This document shows positions 10,128 to 19,997 of a stretch of 64,000 bases of DNA, piece by piece (the stretch's first letter is position 1; each line of letters begins with the position of its first letter). A program made the position numbers and the translations under genes. The notes beneath the pieces are model-generated. The model was not told the origin of the DNA and did not search any database. It saw only the letters and a program-made list of their open reading frames with translations. The stretch is taken from the NCBI GenBank assembly GCA_963663955.1, contig OY760694.1:1412882-1476881 (forward strand), in the 5' to 3' direction. Source of the DNA: Acidimicrobiia bacterium. GTDB taxonomy: Bacteria; Actinomycetota; Acidimicrobiia; Spongiisociales; Spongiisociaceae.

Positions 10128-10520
10128 TCATCGATTCTCGTACTCAAGGACGTAGGAGTGCTCTCCATCGACGTTGCGGATCTCGAGGCTACCCGATATC
10201 CGGGCAAGTTCACCGGTGCCGGAGTCCGGAACGATCGTCACCGCCAACGTGCCCACGCCCTTATCCATCAAACCGTGATGCTGAAGGACGAACGAGCCCG
10301 ACCTGCCACCGACCGCGCCGGTGAAGTGCTCGATGGCGACGTATCCGGCTGAGCCCGGAATGGCCGTGTAGGCCGCGACCATCTGAGCCTCGGACCTTCC
10401 GACCATGTCTCCGGAGTACTGCTTGCGGACCATGTTCCGGTTGAGCTTGATGCCGTCCCGTTCCAGGAAAGGAGGCTCGGCCTCTATCGTGACGTCGAAG
10501 GGTCCGCGAGCGGTAGGCAT
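10128..10520 (-). CDS. DUF3224 family protein
   Basis: SAGYVAIEHFTG..GRSGSFVLQHHG..IVPDSGTGEL..ISG..HSYVLEY pattern; 130 aa. Confidence 0.85.
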   Translation of the reverse strand: MPTARGPFDVTIEAEPPFLERDGIKLNRNMVRKQYSGDMVGRSEAQMVAAYTAIPGSAGYVAIEHFTGAVGGRSGSFVLQHHGLMDKGVGTLAVTIVPDSGTGELARISGSLEIRNVDGEHSYVLEYENR

Positions 10521-10776
10521 GAGAGGTCTCCTATATCTGTCTGCAAGGCTGTGGTGGGTGGTGCATCCTATCCCGAGACATCCTATCGTCCGGTCCTGGA
10601 ACCGCCGTTGGCGCCGATCCGGTCGGCGAGTGCTTCGAGCGTGGAATCGGCGAAGGAGTCATCGACAGTTAAGTGGCATGGGATCGCGAATGAATAGGCC
10701 GACTCATTCCGAATAACAGCCCCTAAAGGCCTTCATCTTGGAGGCAGCGGAGGTCGAGAGAAGGGGGGTTCGATCC

Positions 10777-10847
10777 GGGAACTATGCCCAGTGATCTCGG
10801 CATCTCAAGCCGCAGCATCATCTCCATGCCGCCGAAGCAAGCCGATC
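10777..10847 (-). pseudogene. Orphan duplicate of the 3' end of the acetamidase/formamidase gene
   Basis: 10777-10836 matches 11601-11660 at 52 of 60 nt; encodes FGGMEMMLRLEMPRSLGIVP versus FGGMEITLRLEMPRSLGIVP. Confidence 0.8.
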
Positions 10848-10888
10848 TAAGTATCGGTTTGAACAACGGAACCAACCGTTATCTCCAA

Positions 10889-11116
10889 CTACGAGAGCCC
10901 GAGCCACTCATTACGGGATATCCGGGCTTCTCGCAGGATCCCCCTGAGTAGACCGATGCCCACATCCTGATGAGAGTGCGGGTTCGGGATACGCACGTCG
11001 ATGCTGCCTTTGGTCATGTAAGGGTGCTTGGACCCTTGTATCGGACCTTTCCAACCGAGCCGCCGCATCCGCCTGATGAGGTCACGGTGGCTGACCGGAG
11101 CAAGCCGCCTACTCAT
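10889..11116 (-). CDS. hicA: HicA family toxin (dsRBD-fold mRNA interferase)
   Basis: 75 aa, basic; LIRRMRRLGW...GSKH...IPNPH...GLLRGILREA; ATG at 11116 overlaps the hicB stop (ATGA). Confidence 0.85.
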   Translation of the reverse strand: MSRRLAPVSHRDLIRRMRRLGWKGPIQGSKHPYMTKGSIDVRIPNPHSHQDVGIGLLRGILREARISRNEWLGLS

Positions 11117-11406
11117 CCACTGACGAGATGGATACCGCCCATCGCAGGAATACCCTTGCGGCCGTTGGACAACTTCAATGTTGCCCAATCAACCAGCACT
11201 TCCTCCAACTCGGCTATCGCCTCGGCGACGGTCTCTCCGAATCCCCAGGCACCGCGAGCCCCCGGAACCGTGGCGAAGTACCCATTAGGGTCTTCGATCG
11301 GCTCCACTTCGGCATGAGAGATAGCGGCGCTAGCCCATGCTGCGATGAGATCGCGCGGGTAACCGCCGCTGCCGGTCAGTAATTCACTGGTAGATGTCAT
11401 GGCCAT
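11113..11406 (-). CDS. hicB: HicB family antitoxin (short, no DNA-binding domain)
   Basis: YFATVPGARGAWGFGETVAEAIAELEEVLVDW...G..IP RNase H-like HicB pattern; hicB-hicA order. Confidence 0.85.
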   Translation of the reverse strand: MAMTSTSELLTGSGGYPRDLIAAWASAAISHAEVEPIEDPNGYFATVPGARGAWGFGETVAEAIAELEEVLVDWATLKLSNGRKGIPAMGGIHLVSG

Positions 11407-11594
11407 CCTTCACCCGAAAATTGAAACCACAGTATACATAATCAACCTGAAAGTTACTCAACCGAGCGACACTCCACGTTCGATGGTGAATGCGTCGCCC
11501 ACTCGGCCTCTCCCCCACCGACGTTCGTCGGTCTTCGCCTTCTCTGTTGATTCATGCCCGCTCAAAGGTGAGAATCCAATCTCCGTAGTGAATC

Positions 11595-12524
11595 CTAGGC
11601 GGGAACGATTCCCAGAGATCTCGGCATCTCGAGCCGCAGGGTTATCTCCATCCCGCCGAATGCTTGGCCGATCCGGAGGTCGCCGGCGACGGAGATGAGG
11701 CCGAGAGCATCCGCCGGCTCGTAGCCGAGCTGCGTCTCGAGAACGCGAACAACCTGTTCGACCGCTTCCCGCCTGGCATCCGCAAACTCGATGGCCGAGG
11801 TCATGACGATCACCCGTTCCTCGCTCACGACCCACGGCCACCCGAGGTTCCGACCGCGGTCGATATCCACCGTTACCGTGACCTCAGCCGGAATCTCGAG
11901 GCCGACCCCTGACAGTTCGCCGTCGCCCTGCGCGGCGTGAACATCACCGATGTAGAGGAGTCCTCCGTCAACGAAGACCGGAAGGTGGACCACTGCCCCC
12001 GCAGCGATGACGGGGTGGTCCAGATTGCCACCGTGCCTACCGGGAATACCCGCGTTCGGTGGGTCATCCGGCACCGCGGTCCCGATACAACCGATCATGG
12101 GCGAAAGCGGGAGTTGCACGCCCCCGCCGTATTGGACGAACTCGCCGTCATGGGTACACACCCGTCCGATCGGGCGCGGAACACGGCCGGGTGGGAGCGG
12201 CCCTACATGCGCGTGACCTCCGCACCATCCGGGGGAGATGCACTCTATTTCGTTGATCGTCACCAGGAGTGCATCGCCGGGTTCGGCGCCCCTTATAGCC
12301 AGGGGACCGGTCAGCGGATTGCCTCGTCCAGGTACAGGTTGTGGCAACTCGAACGGTCTTCCGGGTGCGCGGTCGAGAAGGGCGCCGGCCCGGGCGTCCC
12401 AAGTCTCGAACCGGACGGTCGCGCCCGCTTCCACGGTAAGGCGGGGAGCGAGCCGGGAGGTGTAGTTATAGCCGACTAGATCGCGGTTTATGGAGAGGAT
12501 GGCACCGTCACAGCCACCCGTCAT
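11595..12524 (-). CDS. Acetamidase/formamidase (FmdA/AmdA) family protein
   Basis: NPLTGP..I.GAEPGD, PMIGCIG, HGGNLD, GDVHAAQGDGE motifs. Confidence 0.9.
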   Translation of the reverse strand: MTGGCDGAILSINRDLVGYNYTSRLAPRLTVEAGATVRFETWDARAGALLDRAPGRPFELPQPVPGRGNPLTGPLAIRGAEPGDALLVTINEIECISPGWCGGHAHVGPLPPGRVPRPIGRVCTHDGEFVQYGGGVQLPLSPMIGCIGTAVPDDPPNAGIPGRHGGNLDHPVIAAGAVVHLPVFVDGGLLYIGDVHAAQGDGELSGVGLEIPAEVTVTVDIDRGRNLGWPWVVSEERVIVMTSAIEFADARREAVEQVVRVLETQLGYEPADALGLISVAGDLRIGQAFGGMEITLRLEMPRSLGIVPA

Positions 12525-13651
12525 CGACCTTCACTCGCAGGCCCGGCCAGCATGAATGCCGCGTCGGGGCGCCAGCTGACGACCACTTGCGTGCCGGGTT
12601 GGATCGCCGCTGCCCCGGCGTCGCTGACCTGTTGGCTGACCACTCTCCCGAGCCGTTCGCTCTCGATGAGGAATTGTGTGAACGGGCCGAGGTATATGAC
12701 ATCGGAGACGGTACCGCGGGCGTAGCTCAGATCTGTCGCCCCGTCCCAGCGGTCCTGATGGGTGATCTTGAGGGCTTCGGGCCGCACGGCCAATCTGACG
12801 GTCTGGCCGATTGACATACCGCCGGGCGCGTCAATCCAGATCCTTTCCCGGTCGCCGGAGGTCACCAGCCCTCGCCCGGCGTCGAGGTTCTCGATCCGGA
12901 TGGTGATCTCGTTCAACGTCCCCACGAAGTCGGCCACGAAGTCGTCGGCCGGTTGCTCGTAGATGGTGCGAGGCGTCGCGACCTGCAGCAGCACGCCCTG
13001 ATTCATGATCCCGACCCGGTCGGACATCAGCAAGGCCTCCTCCTGGTCGTGAGTTACGTACACGAAGGTGGTCCCGAGAGTTTCCTGGATAGACTTCAGC
13101 TCCAACTGCATCCGCTTTCGAAGCTTCACGTCGAGAGCGCTCAGAGGTTCATCGAGCAGGAGCACGGCAGGGCGGTTGATCAGGGCGCGCGCCAGAGCCA
13201 CCCGCTGCTGCTGGCCGCCCGAGAGTTGATCAGCGGCGCGCTTGCCGAGGCCGCCGACACCGACCACTTCCAGCATCTCGTCGACCCGCCGGGTGATCTC
13301 GCGTTTCGGGACTTTCTTGAGCTTCAGTCCGTAGGCCACGTTGTTGGACACCGTCATATGCGGGAACAGCTCGTAGTTCTGGAAGACCATATTGGTGGCC
13401 CGCTTGTTGGGCTGGACCAGCGTCACGTCCTTCCCGCGGAGGTAGACCGACCCCTCGTCGGGGGTCTCGAAGCCGGCCAGCATCCGTAGTGTGGTGGTCT
13501 TGCCGCACCCGCTGGGTCCGAGGAGCGAGAAGAACTCGCCCTCTTCGATCTCGAGGCTGACGTTGTCGACAGCCAGGACACCCCCGAACCGTTTGGTAAC
13601 ACGGTCGAGGCGGATGGCCGGCGGCCCGGTCTCCCTTGATACGCTGCTCAT
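12521..13651 (-). CDS. Polyamine-type ABC transporter ATP-binding protein (PotA-like)
   Basis: [38 protein letters not shown]-terminal TOBE domain. Confidence 0.92.
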   Translation of the reverse strand: MSSVSRETGPPAIRLDRVTKRFGGVLAVDNVSLEIEEGEFFSLLGPSGCGKTTTLRMLAGFETPDEGSVYLRGKDVTLVQPNKRATNMVFQNYELFPHMTVSNNVAYGLKLKKVPKREITRRVDEMLEVVGVGGLGKRAADQLSGGQQQRVALARALINRPAVLLLDEPLSALDVKLRKRMQLELKSIQETLGTTFVYVTHDQEEALLMSDRVGIMNQGVLLQVATPRTIYEQPADDFVADFVGTLNEITIRIENLDAGRGLVTSGDRERIWIDAPGGMSIGQTVRLAVRPEALKITHQDRWDGATDLSYARGTVSDVIYLGPFTQFLIESERLGRVVSQQVSDAGAAAIQPGTQVVVSWRPDAAFMLAGPASEGR

Positions 13652-14484
13652 CGCTCACCGATCGTCGTTCGACGCGCCGCCATGAATGCCAGGCTCGTCG
13701 TCAGCAATAGCATCACTGTACCGATCGCGTTCAGGGTCGGGTCTATGCCCTTCAGGACCCGTCCGTACATGATCAGGGGTAGCGTCTTGTCCTGCCCGGC
13801 CGTAAAGAACGCGATCACGAAGTCATCGATGGAGATCGCCGCGGCCAGGAGCATCGCACCCATGACGGCCGGAAGGATCAACGGGAGCGTGATCGTCCGG
13901 AACGCATGCCAACGTGAAGCACCCAGATCTCGCGCCGCTTCCAGCAGCGTGAACCGGAAGCGCTCCAGCGACGCTCCGACCACCAGGAATACGAAAGGAA
14001 GGGCGATCAACGCATGCCCCAGGGTCGCTGCCCAGATGGAGCGTTCGAAGCCTATCTGTCGATACATGATCGCCAAACCGATCGAGAAGAGAAGCCCCGG
14101 TACCGCGAGTGGCGCAGCCGAGATGGCCAGGATGAACCCTCGGGCGCGTTTCGCGATCTTGAGGATTCCCAGCGCAGCCAGCAGTCCCAGAACCCCGGTG
14201 ATGCCAGCGGTCACCACCGCCGCTTGCACGCTTCTGCGGAAGGCCCGGAGCACCAGGGTGTCGGTGAAGATCTCCTCGTACCACCGTAACGAGAGGCCGG
14301 AGAAGGGGAAACTGAGCCGGGGGGAGGAATTGAACGAGAAGGCAACCATCACGATGAGGGGGGCGAACAGGTAGATCAGCACGACCCCGACGAAACCGGA
14401 CGAGGCGATGGGACGCCGCCGAAGCTTCGCCAAGCCTCGTCGCCAACCTCCTGGTGATGGCGGGGAGCCGGTGACCGCGGTCAT
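13648..14484 (-). CDS. Polyamine-type ABC transporter permease (PotC-like)
   Basis: FSFNSS, LEAARDLGA EAA loop, SIDDFVIAFF, TLP; ATG at 14484 overlaps the upstream stop. Confidence 0.9.
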   Translation of the reverse strand: MTAVTGSPPSPGGWRRGLAKLRRRPIASSGFVGVVLIYLFAPLIVMVAFSFNSSPRLSFPFSGLSLRWYEEIFTDTLVLRAFRRSVQAAVVTAGITGVLGLLAALGILKIAKRARGFILAISAAPLAVPGLLFSIGLAIMYRQIGFERSIWAATLGHALIALPFVFLVVGASLERFRFTLLEAARDLGASRWHAFRTITLPLILPAVMGAMLLAAAISIDDFVIAFFTAGQDKTLPLIMYGRVLKGIDPTLNAIGTVMLLLTTSLAFMAARRTTIGER

Positions 14485-15413
14485 CGCGCCAACCGTTTCA
14501 TGAGGGACATGATCGCAAACGCGGCGAGGCCCATGGCCACTACGAGCGTGATGGCGAGAGCGGCGCCGGCCGGCCAATCCAGGGAAGCTCCGAAGTAGTA
14601 CTCGATGCGGTTTCCTATCAGAAGATCCTCGGTCCCACCCAGCAGGCGCGGCGTCACCCACTCACCCAGCGTGGCGATGAAGACGAATGCGGCCGCCGCC
14701 CGCACCCCCCGCATCGATAGGGGTAGAACGATCTGGCGAGCGGTGCGGAACCGCGAAGCACCGAGATCACGGGCAGCCTCGGCTATTCCCGGCGACACGT
14801 TCTGCATGGCCGCGTATATCGGGAGAACGCCAAGCGGGACGAGGAAGTTGACCAGCGATGCTCCTACCGCGTACATGCTGTTGAGAAGTTCCCTCACCGG
14901 TTCGTCTACGATGCCGAAGGCCATGAGACCCTGGTTGATCACTCCCTGGTTCCCGAGGATGCTCCTCCAGGCATAGATACGGACGATATAACCGCCGAAC
15001 AAGCTGACCAGGACCAGGAAGAACAGCAACTGGCGGTGGCGCCGGAACACGAAGTTCAGAGTGTACGCGAACGGGAAGCTGACGAGGAGGACGATGGCCG
15101 TGACGATCGTCGCCGCCTGGACCGTGCGCAACGCTAACCGGGCGTGCACGCTGCTCGTCAGGACCTCGGCATAGTTGGAGATGGTGAAGTCCACAACCGG
15201 CTCGAAGTCGACCAGGCTGAAGAAGCTCATCGCCAGCAAGCCCAGCAGGGGTAGCAGGAAGAAGGCGAAGAAGAAGGCTGATCCCGGCAGCAACTGCAGC
15301 CAGGCCACGATCCGGTCTCGTCGCCGCTTACGGACGAGAGCCTCCGCTGCTAACGACACGGAGTCGTCAATCCGCGGAGGCTCTATGCGGTCGACTGTCC
15401 CTAGACCAGCCAC
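14481..15413 (-). CDS. Polyamine-type ABC transporter permease (PotB-like)
   Basis: VRIYAWRSILG..GVIN, EAARDLGA, PRLLGG, DWPAGAA. Confidence 0.9.
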   Translation of the reverse strand: MAGLGTVDRIEPPRIDDSVSLAAEALVRKRRRDRIVAWLQLLPGSAFFFAFFLLPLLGLLAMSFFSLVDFEPVVDFTISNYAEVLTSSVHARLALRTVQAATIVTAIVLLVSFPFAYTLNFVFRRHRQLLFFLVLVSLFGGYIVRIYAWRSILGNQGVINQGLMAFGIVDEPVRELLNSMYAVGASLVNFLVPLGVLPIYAAMQNVSPGIAEAARDLGASRFRTARQIVLPLSMRGVRAAAAFVFIATLGEWVTPRLLGGTEDLLIGNRIEYYFGASLDWPAGAALAITLVVAMGLAAFAIMSLMKRLAR

Positions 15414-15451
15414 TCTTGCTTCAGGATAACGCTACCCCCCGAGCGTTCCCC

Positions 15452-16597
15452 TTACAGCTCTGCCTTCACCTCTTCCCAGGTCTCCAGCCAGTCGGAGTAC
15501 GATGCGATGCCTTCCTCGGCCGCGTCGTCCTCGGGTGGGGACTGATCCCGGAACGACACCTCCGGCACTTCCGGCCTCACCAGGTCGTAGTCATATATCT
15601 GGGCGCCCGGGCCGGCCAACTCGGCCGACACCTCATTGACGACCCCCGAGACTAGGTTCTCGCCGACCTGGGCATTGATCTCGTCGGAGATCATCAGGTC
15701 GATGTACTCGTAGGCGCAGTCGATGTCGTCGGCGGTTACGGGAATGGCGAGGCCGTCCCACCATCCGCCTCCGCCCGATTCCACGAAGAAGTCGAAGTCG
15801 AGGGTCTCGCCCTGCTCCTCGGCCCAGGTGAGCATCGCTTCCCAACCGTTTATGTTGAGGTCCGAGTCGCCCGCGACGATCACGTCGGTGGCTTCCTGGT
15901 AGCCGTTGGTGAAACCGGCTGCGTTTCTCACGATCTTGATCGCTTCTTCCTTGATCGATTCCATCTGTTCGTCCGTGACGTAGGTCAACTCACCGACCCC
16001 GTCGTCGAATTCAAGGGCGACGGCCAGCATCGAGAAGAGCCAGATCGCGGAGTCGAACAGGGTAAAGCGGCCCTCCCACTCCGGCTCCGCCAGCTCGAGG
16101 ATCGACACGGGCGGGTTGGGGACACGTTCGGGGTGATAGATGTAAGGACCGTCCCCCCAGGCGATCGGCACGCCGTACACCTGACCGTCGGCACCGCGCA
16201 ACGACACGTTCTCACGCAGGCCCGCGAACATCTTGTCCCAGTTCGAGAGCCGGCTGGTGTCGATCGGGTGGAAGAGACCGGCCTCGATCTGGCGTTGGGC
16301 CTGGAAGTAGGCGATGGTCGCCAGGTCGTAGACGTCCCCGACTTTGATCGCTGTGACGAACTGTGGCCAGTTTCCGGGCCAGTTGGTCTCGAGGGTGACG
16401 TTGTTCTCCTCCCGCCATGCTTCGAGTTCGGCCTCTCCGGCTTCACCGTCGAGTCCTATGAAGCTCAGCGTGGTCCCCTCGCACACGCTCATCTCCTCGG
16501 CCGCAGCTGTCGTGGGGGCCGGTTCGTCGCCGCCGCAGGCGGCGGCTACGAGAAAGAGAGCTATGACCGCGCCGATCACCCGTCTTCGTATCGCCAT
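15452..16597 (-). CDS. ABC transporter substrate-binding lipoprotein (PotD/PotF-like)
   Basis: Lipobox LVAAAC after GAGGAGGA RBS; PIDTSRLSNW, YGVPIAWG, WWDGLAIP, AYEYID; very acidic. Confidence 0.85.
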   Translation of the reverse strand: MAIRRRVIGAVIALFLVAAACGGDEPAPTTAAAEEMSVCEGTTLSFIGLDGEAGEAELEAWREENNVTLETNWPGNWPQFVTAIKVGDVYDLATIAYFQAQRQIEAGLFHPIDTSRLSNWDKMFAGLRENVSLRGADGQVYGVPIAWGDGPYIYHPERVPNPPVSILELAEPEWEGRFTLFDSAIWLFSMLAVALEFDDGVGELTYVTDEQMESIKEEAIKIVRNAAGFTNGYQEATDVIVAGDSDLNINGWEAMLTWAEEQGETLDFDFFVESGGGGWWDGLAIPVTADDIDCAYEYIDLMISDEINAQVGENLVSGVVNEVSAELAGPGAQIYDYDLVRPEVPEVSFRDQSPPEDDAAEEGIASYSDWLETWEEVKAEL

Positions 16598-16645
16598 CGC
16601 GTCCTCCTCCTCCATGGAGAGGCAAGTCTCCACTGTGTGTATGAT

Positions 16646-16662
16646 GTTGCGCTGAGCGCAAC
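16646..16662. promoter_or_regulatory. Candidate IclR operator GTTGCG-N5-CGCAAC
   Basis: Perfect 8-1-8 palindrome GTTGCGCTGAGCGCAAC between the divergent SBP and iclR genes; same motif at 23951. Confidence 0.7.
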
Positions 16663-16898
16663 CGCTTTGCGAATATCATTGTTGTCACGAATAATAGAGG
16701 GTGTCAAGTGGCATACGGGGCGGCATCGCGAGGTCCGGATGGTCTGTTCGGACGGAAACCGTTCGAAGCCGTGTGCGCTCACCCACCGGTGCCTATCCGT
16801 CGAGCGGTCGGAACTGCGGGCTTCAAAGACCGGGCAGTCGCGGTTCCCTGCCCCGCCGCTAGTCTCGCGAGATTGTCTGTGAGGGGGAGAGTGCTCTG

Positions 16899-17639
16899 AT
16901 GGAGACCGTGGCACGGGTAGTACGAGCTGTCGAGTTCATCGCCCGCGAGGGCAGGGTGAGGCTGGATGACGTTGCCGGGGAGTTGGGGGTCCACAAGTCC
17001 AATGCCCTGCGTCTGCTGAACACCCTCCGGGAACTGGATTGGGTCGTGCTGGATGACCGCCGAACCTACATGGTCAGTCCGCACCTGATAGCGGTGGGCC
17101 AGGCCGCAGCTGCCGGAACCTCCTTCCAGGAAGCGCTCCAACTTGCCGGAGAGCTTCGGGACATGTCCGGAGAGACGGTGCACATCGCCGTACCACACGG
17201 TCAACGGATGCTGATAGTAGGCAGGGTGGACAGCCACAACCCGCTCCGTGTTTCGTGCGAACTCGGTACCAGGGACGCCCTGCATGCCTCTGCTCTCGGC
17301 AAGGCATACCTGGCGGCGCTATCCGACCCCGAACTGGACTCGGTCCTGGATCAGTTACATCTGGAGAAAATGACCCCGTACTCGACAACCGACGCGACCG
17401 CGCTCAGGGCGGAGGTGATGCGTACCAGGGAACGGGGGTATAGCCTCGACCTCGAGGAGGGTCGTCCGGGTGTGTGCTGCCTGGGTTTCTCGTTCCGGTT
17501 GGGCGCCAATCGAGACCAGGTGGCGCTATCGATCACCGGACCGTCCTACCGGTGGACCAAGGACGAGATGATGGCCTTGGCGCCCTCCCTGCTTGAACGT
17601 GTCGCGACTATGAACCCGAGGATCACGCTACGAGCGTAG
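16899..17639 (+). CDS. IclR family transcriptional regulator
   Basis: wHTH (ELGVHKSNALRLLNTL), GETVH, HASALGKAYLA, RERGYSLDLEE...GVCCLG, ALSITGP. Confidence 0.93.
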   Translation: METVARVVRAVEFIAREGRVRLDDVAGELGVHKSNALRLLNTLRELDWVVLDDRRTYMVSPHLIAVGQAAAAGTSFQEALQLAGELRDMSGETVHIAVPHGQRMLIVGRVDSHNPLRVSCELGTRDALHASALGKAYLAALSDPELDSVLDQLHLEKMTPYSTTDATALRAEVMRTRERGYSLDLEEGRPGVCCLGFSFRLGANRDQVALSITGPSYRWTKDEMMALAPSLLERVATMNPRITLRA

Positions 17640-17653
17640 GGAACTTCGCCCCG

Positions 17654-18769
17654 TCATAAGCGGATCCGGTAACGGTGCAGGGCAGTCCGGTCGAGCGCTA
17701 CGCCGAGACCAGTACCCGGCGGGACCGTCGCTCCGGCCCAACCCACGAATCCGGCATCCTCTACCATGGTCGACTCGAAGTACAGAGGGCCGATCAGGTC
17801 GGCCGGAACCAGCGGGCTGAGTTGCCTGGTCGATGCAACGGTATGTGCGATCGCCGCGGCGCCTATCCCTAGTTCCAGATTCGACCCGTAGGAGACGGCC
17901 AACCCGAGTCCGTGCGCCAGGTCGGCTAGCGCGATAGTTCTGCGTAGACCTCCGCACTTGCCGGGATACAGGCTTACGGTGTCGAAGGCCCCGGTTCGCG
18001 CGGCTCTGACCACGTCTTCTCGGGTCCAGATGGACTCGTCACCCATCACCGCCATGCCGCCGGTGCGCCTTAACTCCGCCGACGCCTCCCAGTCGTAACG
18101 AGGAAGGGGCTGTTCGGCTGCCACCACTCCGAGCGCCCGGAGCGGGTCCATGGCCGATCTCGCCTCCGCGGGCGACCAGCCCTCGTTGGCGTCCACCGTG
18201 ATCCTCACTTCGGGTCCGAGGGCTTTCCTCACCGCGGCGACGCGGGCGATATCCTGGTCGACGTCCAGTCCGACCTTGACCTTGACCGTCGCTATTTCGA
18301 GCCCGGCCAGCCTCTCGGCCATAGCCCTCACAGTTTCGATATCGCGGGCCGGAAGTACGATCTTGGTGGCGATGGTCGTTCGGTAGGCGCCACCGAGCAG
18401 CGCGTGGGCAGGTAAAGCGAGGTGTCTCGCCGCGAGATCCAGGCAGGCCATCTCCACCGCTGCCCGAAGGAACGGACGATTGCGGACCGCTCGGTCGAGT
18501 CCGGTGGATACATCGGCCCATGAGCGAGGATCGGCGCCCCGGAGTTCCGATCGGAGCGGGCCTGCTACGAGCCGGGATGTCTCCAGCGCCTCCTCACCGT
18601 TCCAGGCGGGTGAACAGGTAACCTCGCCGATTCCCACCATTCCCGAGCTGTCTTCTATCTCAAGGATAACGTAGCGGCTGGCCGAGACCTCGCCGTGAGC
18701 CGTCTTGGGGAGGAGGTGCGCCAGCCGGGGGACCTCAACCGGTGTCGCGGTTATCTCGACTATCTTCAA
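17654..18769 (-). CDS. Enolase superfamily, muconate cycloisomerase/dipeptide epimerase subgroup
   Basis: KVKVG, VDANEGW, AEQP, GDES, KCGG, GSNLE. Confidence 0.88.
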   Translation of the reverse strand: MKIVEITATPVEVPRLAHLLPKTAHGEVSASRYVILEIEDSSGMVGIGEVTCSPAWNGEEALETSRLVAGPLRSELRGADPRSWADVSTGLDRAVRNRPFLRAAVEMACLDLAARHLALPAHALLGGAYRTTIATKIVLPARDIETVRAMAERLAGLEIATVKVKVGLDVDQDIARVAAVRKALGPEVRITVDANEGWSPAEARSAMDPLRALGVVAAEQPLPRYDWEASAELRRTGGMAVMGDESIWTREDVVRAARTGAFDTVSLYPGKCGGLRRTIALADLAHGLGLAVSYGSNLELGIGAAAIAHTVASTRQLSPLVPADLIGPLYFESTMVEDAGFVGWAGATVPPGTGLGVALDRTALHRYRIRL

Positions 18770-18806
18770 GCGGCGTGGCCTCGGGCTCGGAACTGTCAGG
18801 TCTCAA

Positions 18807-19922
18807 TTATCGGTCCCGGTATCTGTCAAGCGCATCCCTATCCAGCCGTACACCGAGCCCCGGCCCTTCCGGCGGTAGAGCGACGCCGGCCCGGACATCC
18901 AGAGGCTCGGAGATCACATCACCCTCGTAGTAGAAGGGACTCAGGATGTCTGCCGGCACGCGCCGGTCGAGTCCGTGGGTCGACGCGGCAATGTGCATGT
19001 GCGCCGCGAGGGCAATGCCGAGTTCAAGGTTGCTCCCGATCGTCCATCCCAGACCGAACGAGGTTGCCACCGCGGCGATGCGACGCGCCGGAGCGATTCC
19101 ACCGGACATTCCGACGTAGATAGAGAGGATGTCGCAAGACTCGTTGATCGCCAGCAGGGCTGCGTCCTCGGCGGTACCGGCCGACTCGTCGGCGACCACC
19201 GGCATCTCGACTCGGCGCCGGACCTCCGCCATGCCCGCGAAGTCTCGCGCGGCGACCGGCTGCTCCATGAAGGAAACGCCCAATCCGGCGAGGCGCCGAC
19301 CCGCCAGGATCGCCTCGGCCCGGTCCCATCCGCAGTTGGCGTCGACTCCCAGCACGATATTGTCGCCGATCGCTTCGCGGACGGCCGTTACCCTGGCTAC
19401 ATCCGTCGCTACCCCACCCCGGCCCACCTTGACCTTCATCGCCGTGAATCCTTGGGCGACCGCCCACGAAGCTACCTCCGCGGCGTGGTCGGGAGTGGCG
19501 CCGGTCACCGAGAACTTGGTCGGTATCTCGGTCATAACGGGACCGCCGAGCAGCCTGTGAACCGGGAGACCGACCGCCTTGCCCGCGATATCCCAGAGAG
19601 CCATTTCAACTGCGGCTTTGGTGAACTTATGTCCCGCAATCGCGCCCTCGATGACAGGCCAGGCCGCCTCCGGGGAACGTGGGTCGAGATCGGCCACGGC
19701 GGGTCCGATGTAAGAGTCGATGACGTGAGCGGCCGTGGTGGAGTCCTCGCCGCTCCATACGGGTGTGCAAGACACTTCGCCGAGTCCCACCAGATCTTGG
19801 TCGGTCTCTACTTCGACGATCAGGAAGGGAGACCGGTCATGCGTGCCGCTGGACCCCGAGATGATCCGTTCCGGGGCCATCGGTACAGCGACGGGCGTGG
19901 TGCGGATTCGCGTGATCCTCAT
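18807..19922 (-). CDS. Enolase superfamily, muconate cycloisomerase/dipeptide epimerase subgroup (tandem paralog)
   Basis: KVKVG, VDANCGW, MEQP, ADES, GSNLELG; shares GEV.C.P.W.GE with its neighbour. Confidence 0.88.
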   Translation of the reverse strand: MRITRIRTTPVAVPMAPERIISGSSGTHDRSPFLIVEVETDQDLVGLGEVSCTPVWSGEDSTTAAHVIDSYIGPAVADLDPRSPEAAWPVIEGAIAGHKFTKAAVEMALWDIAGKAVGLPVHRLLGGPVMTEIPTKFSVTGATPDHAAEVASWAVAQGFTAMKVKVGRGGVATDVARVTAVREAIGDNIVLGVDANCGWDRAEAILAGRRLAGLGVSFMEQPVAARDFAGMAEVRRRVEMPVVADESAGTAEDAALLAINESCDILSIYVGMSGGIAPARRIAAVATSFGLGWTIGSNLELGIALAAHMHIAASTHGLDRRVPADILSPFYYEGDVISEPLDVRAGVALPPEGPGLGVRLDRDALDRYRDR

Positions 19923-19997
19923 CTTCGCTCCTCATGGTGTGTCTGTGAAGTGGCGGTGTGGTCTGCGACGATGGTCGGCAGGGTACGGAGAATCATT

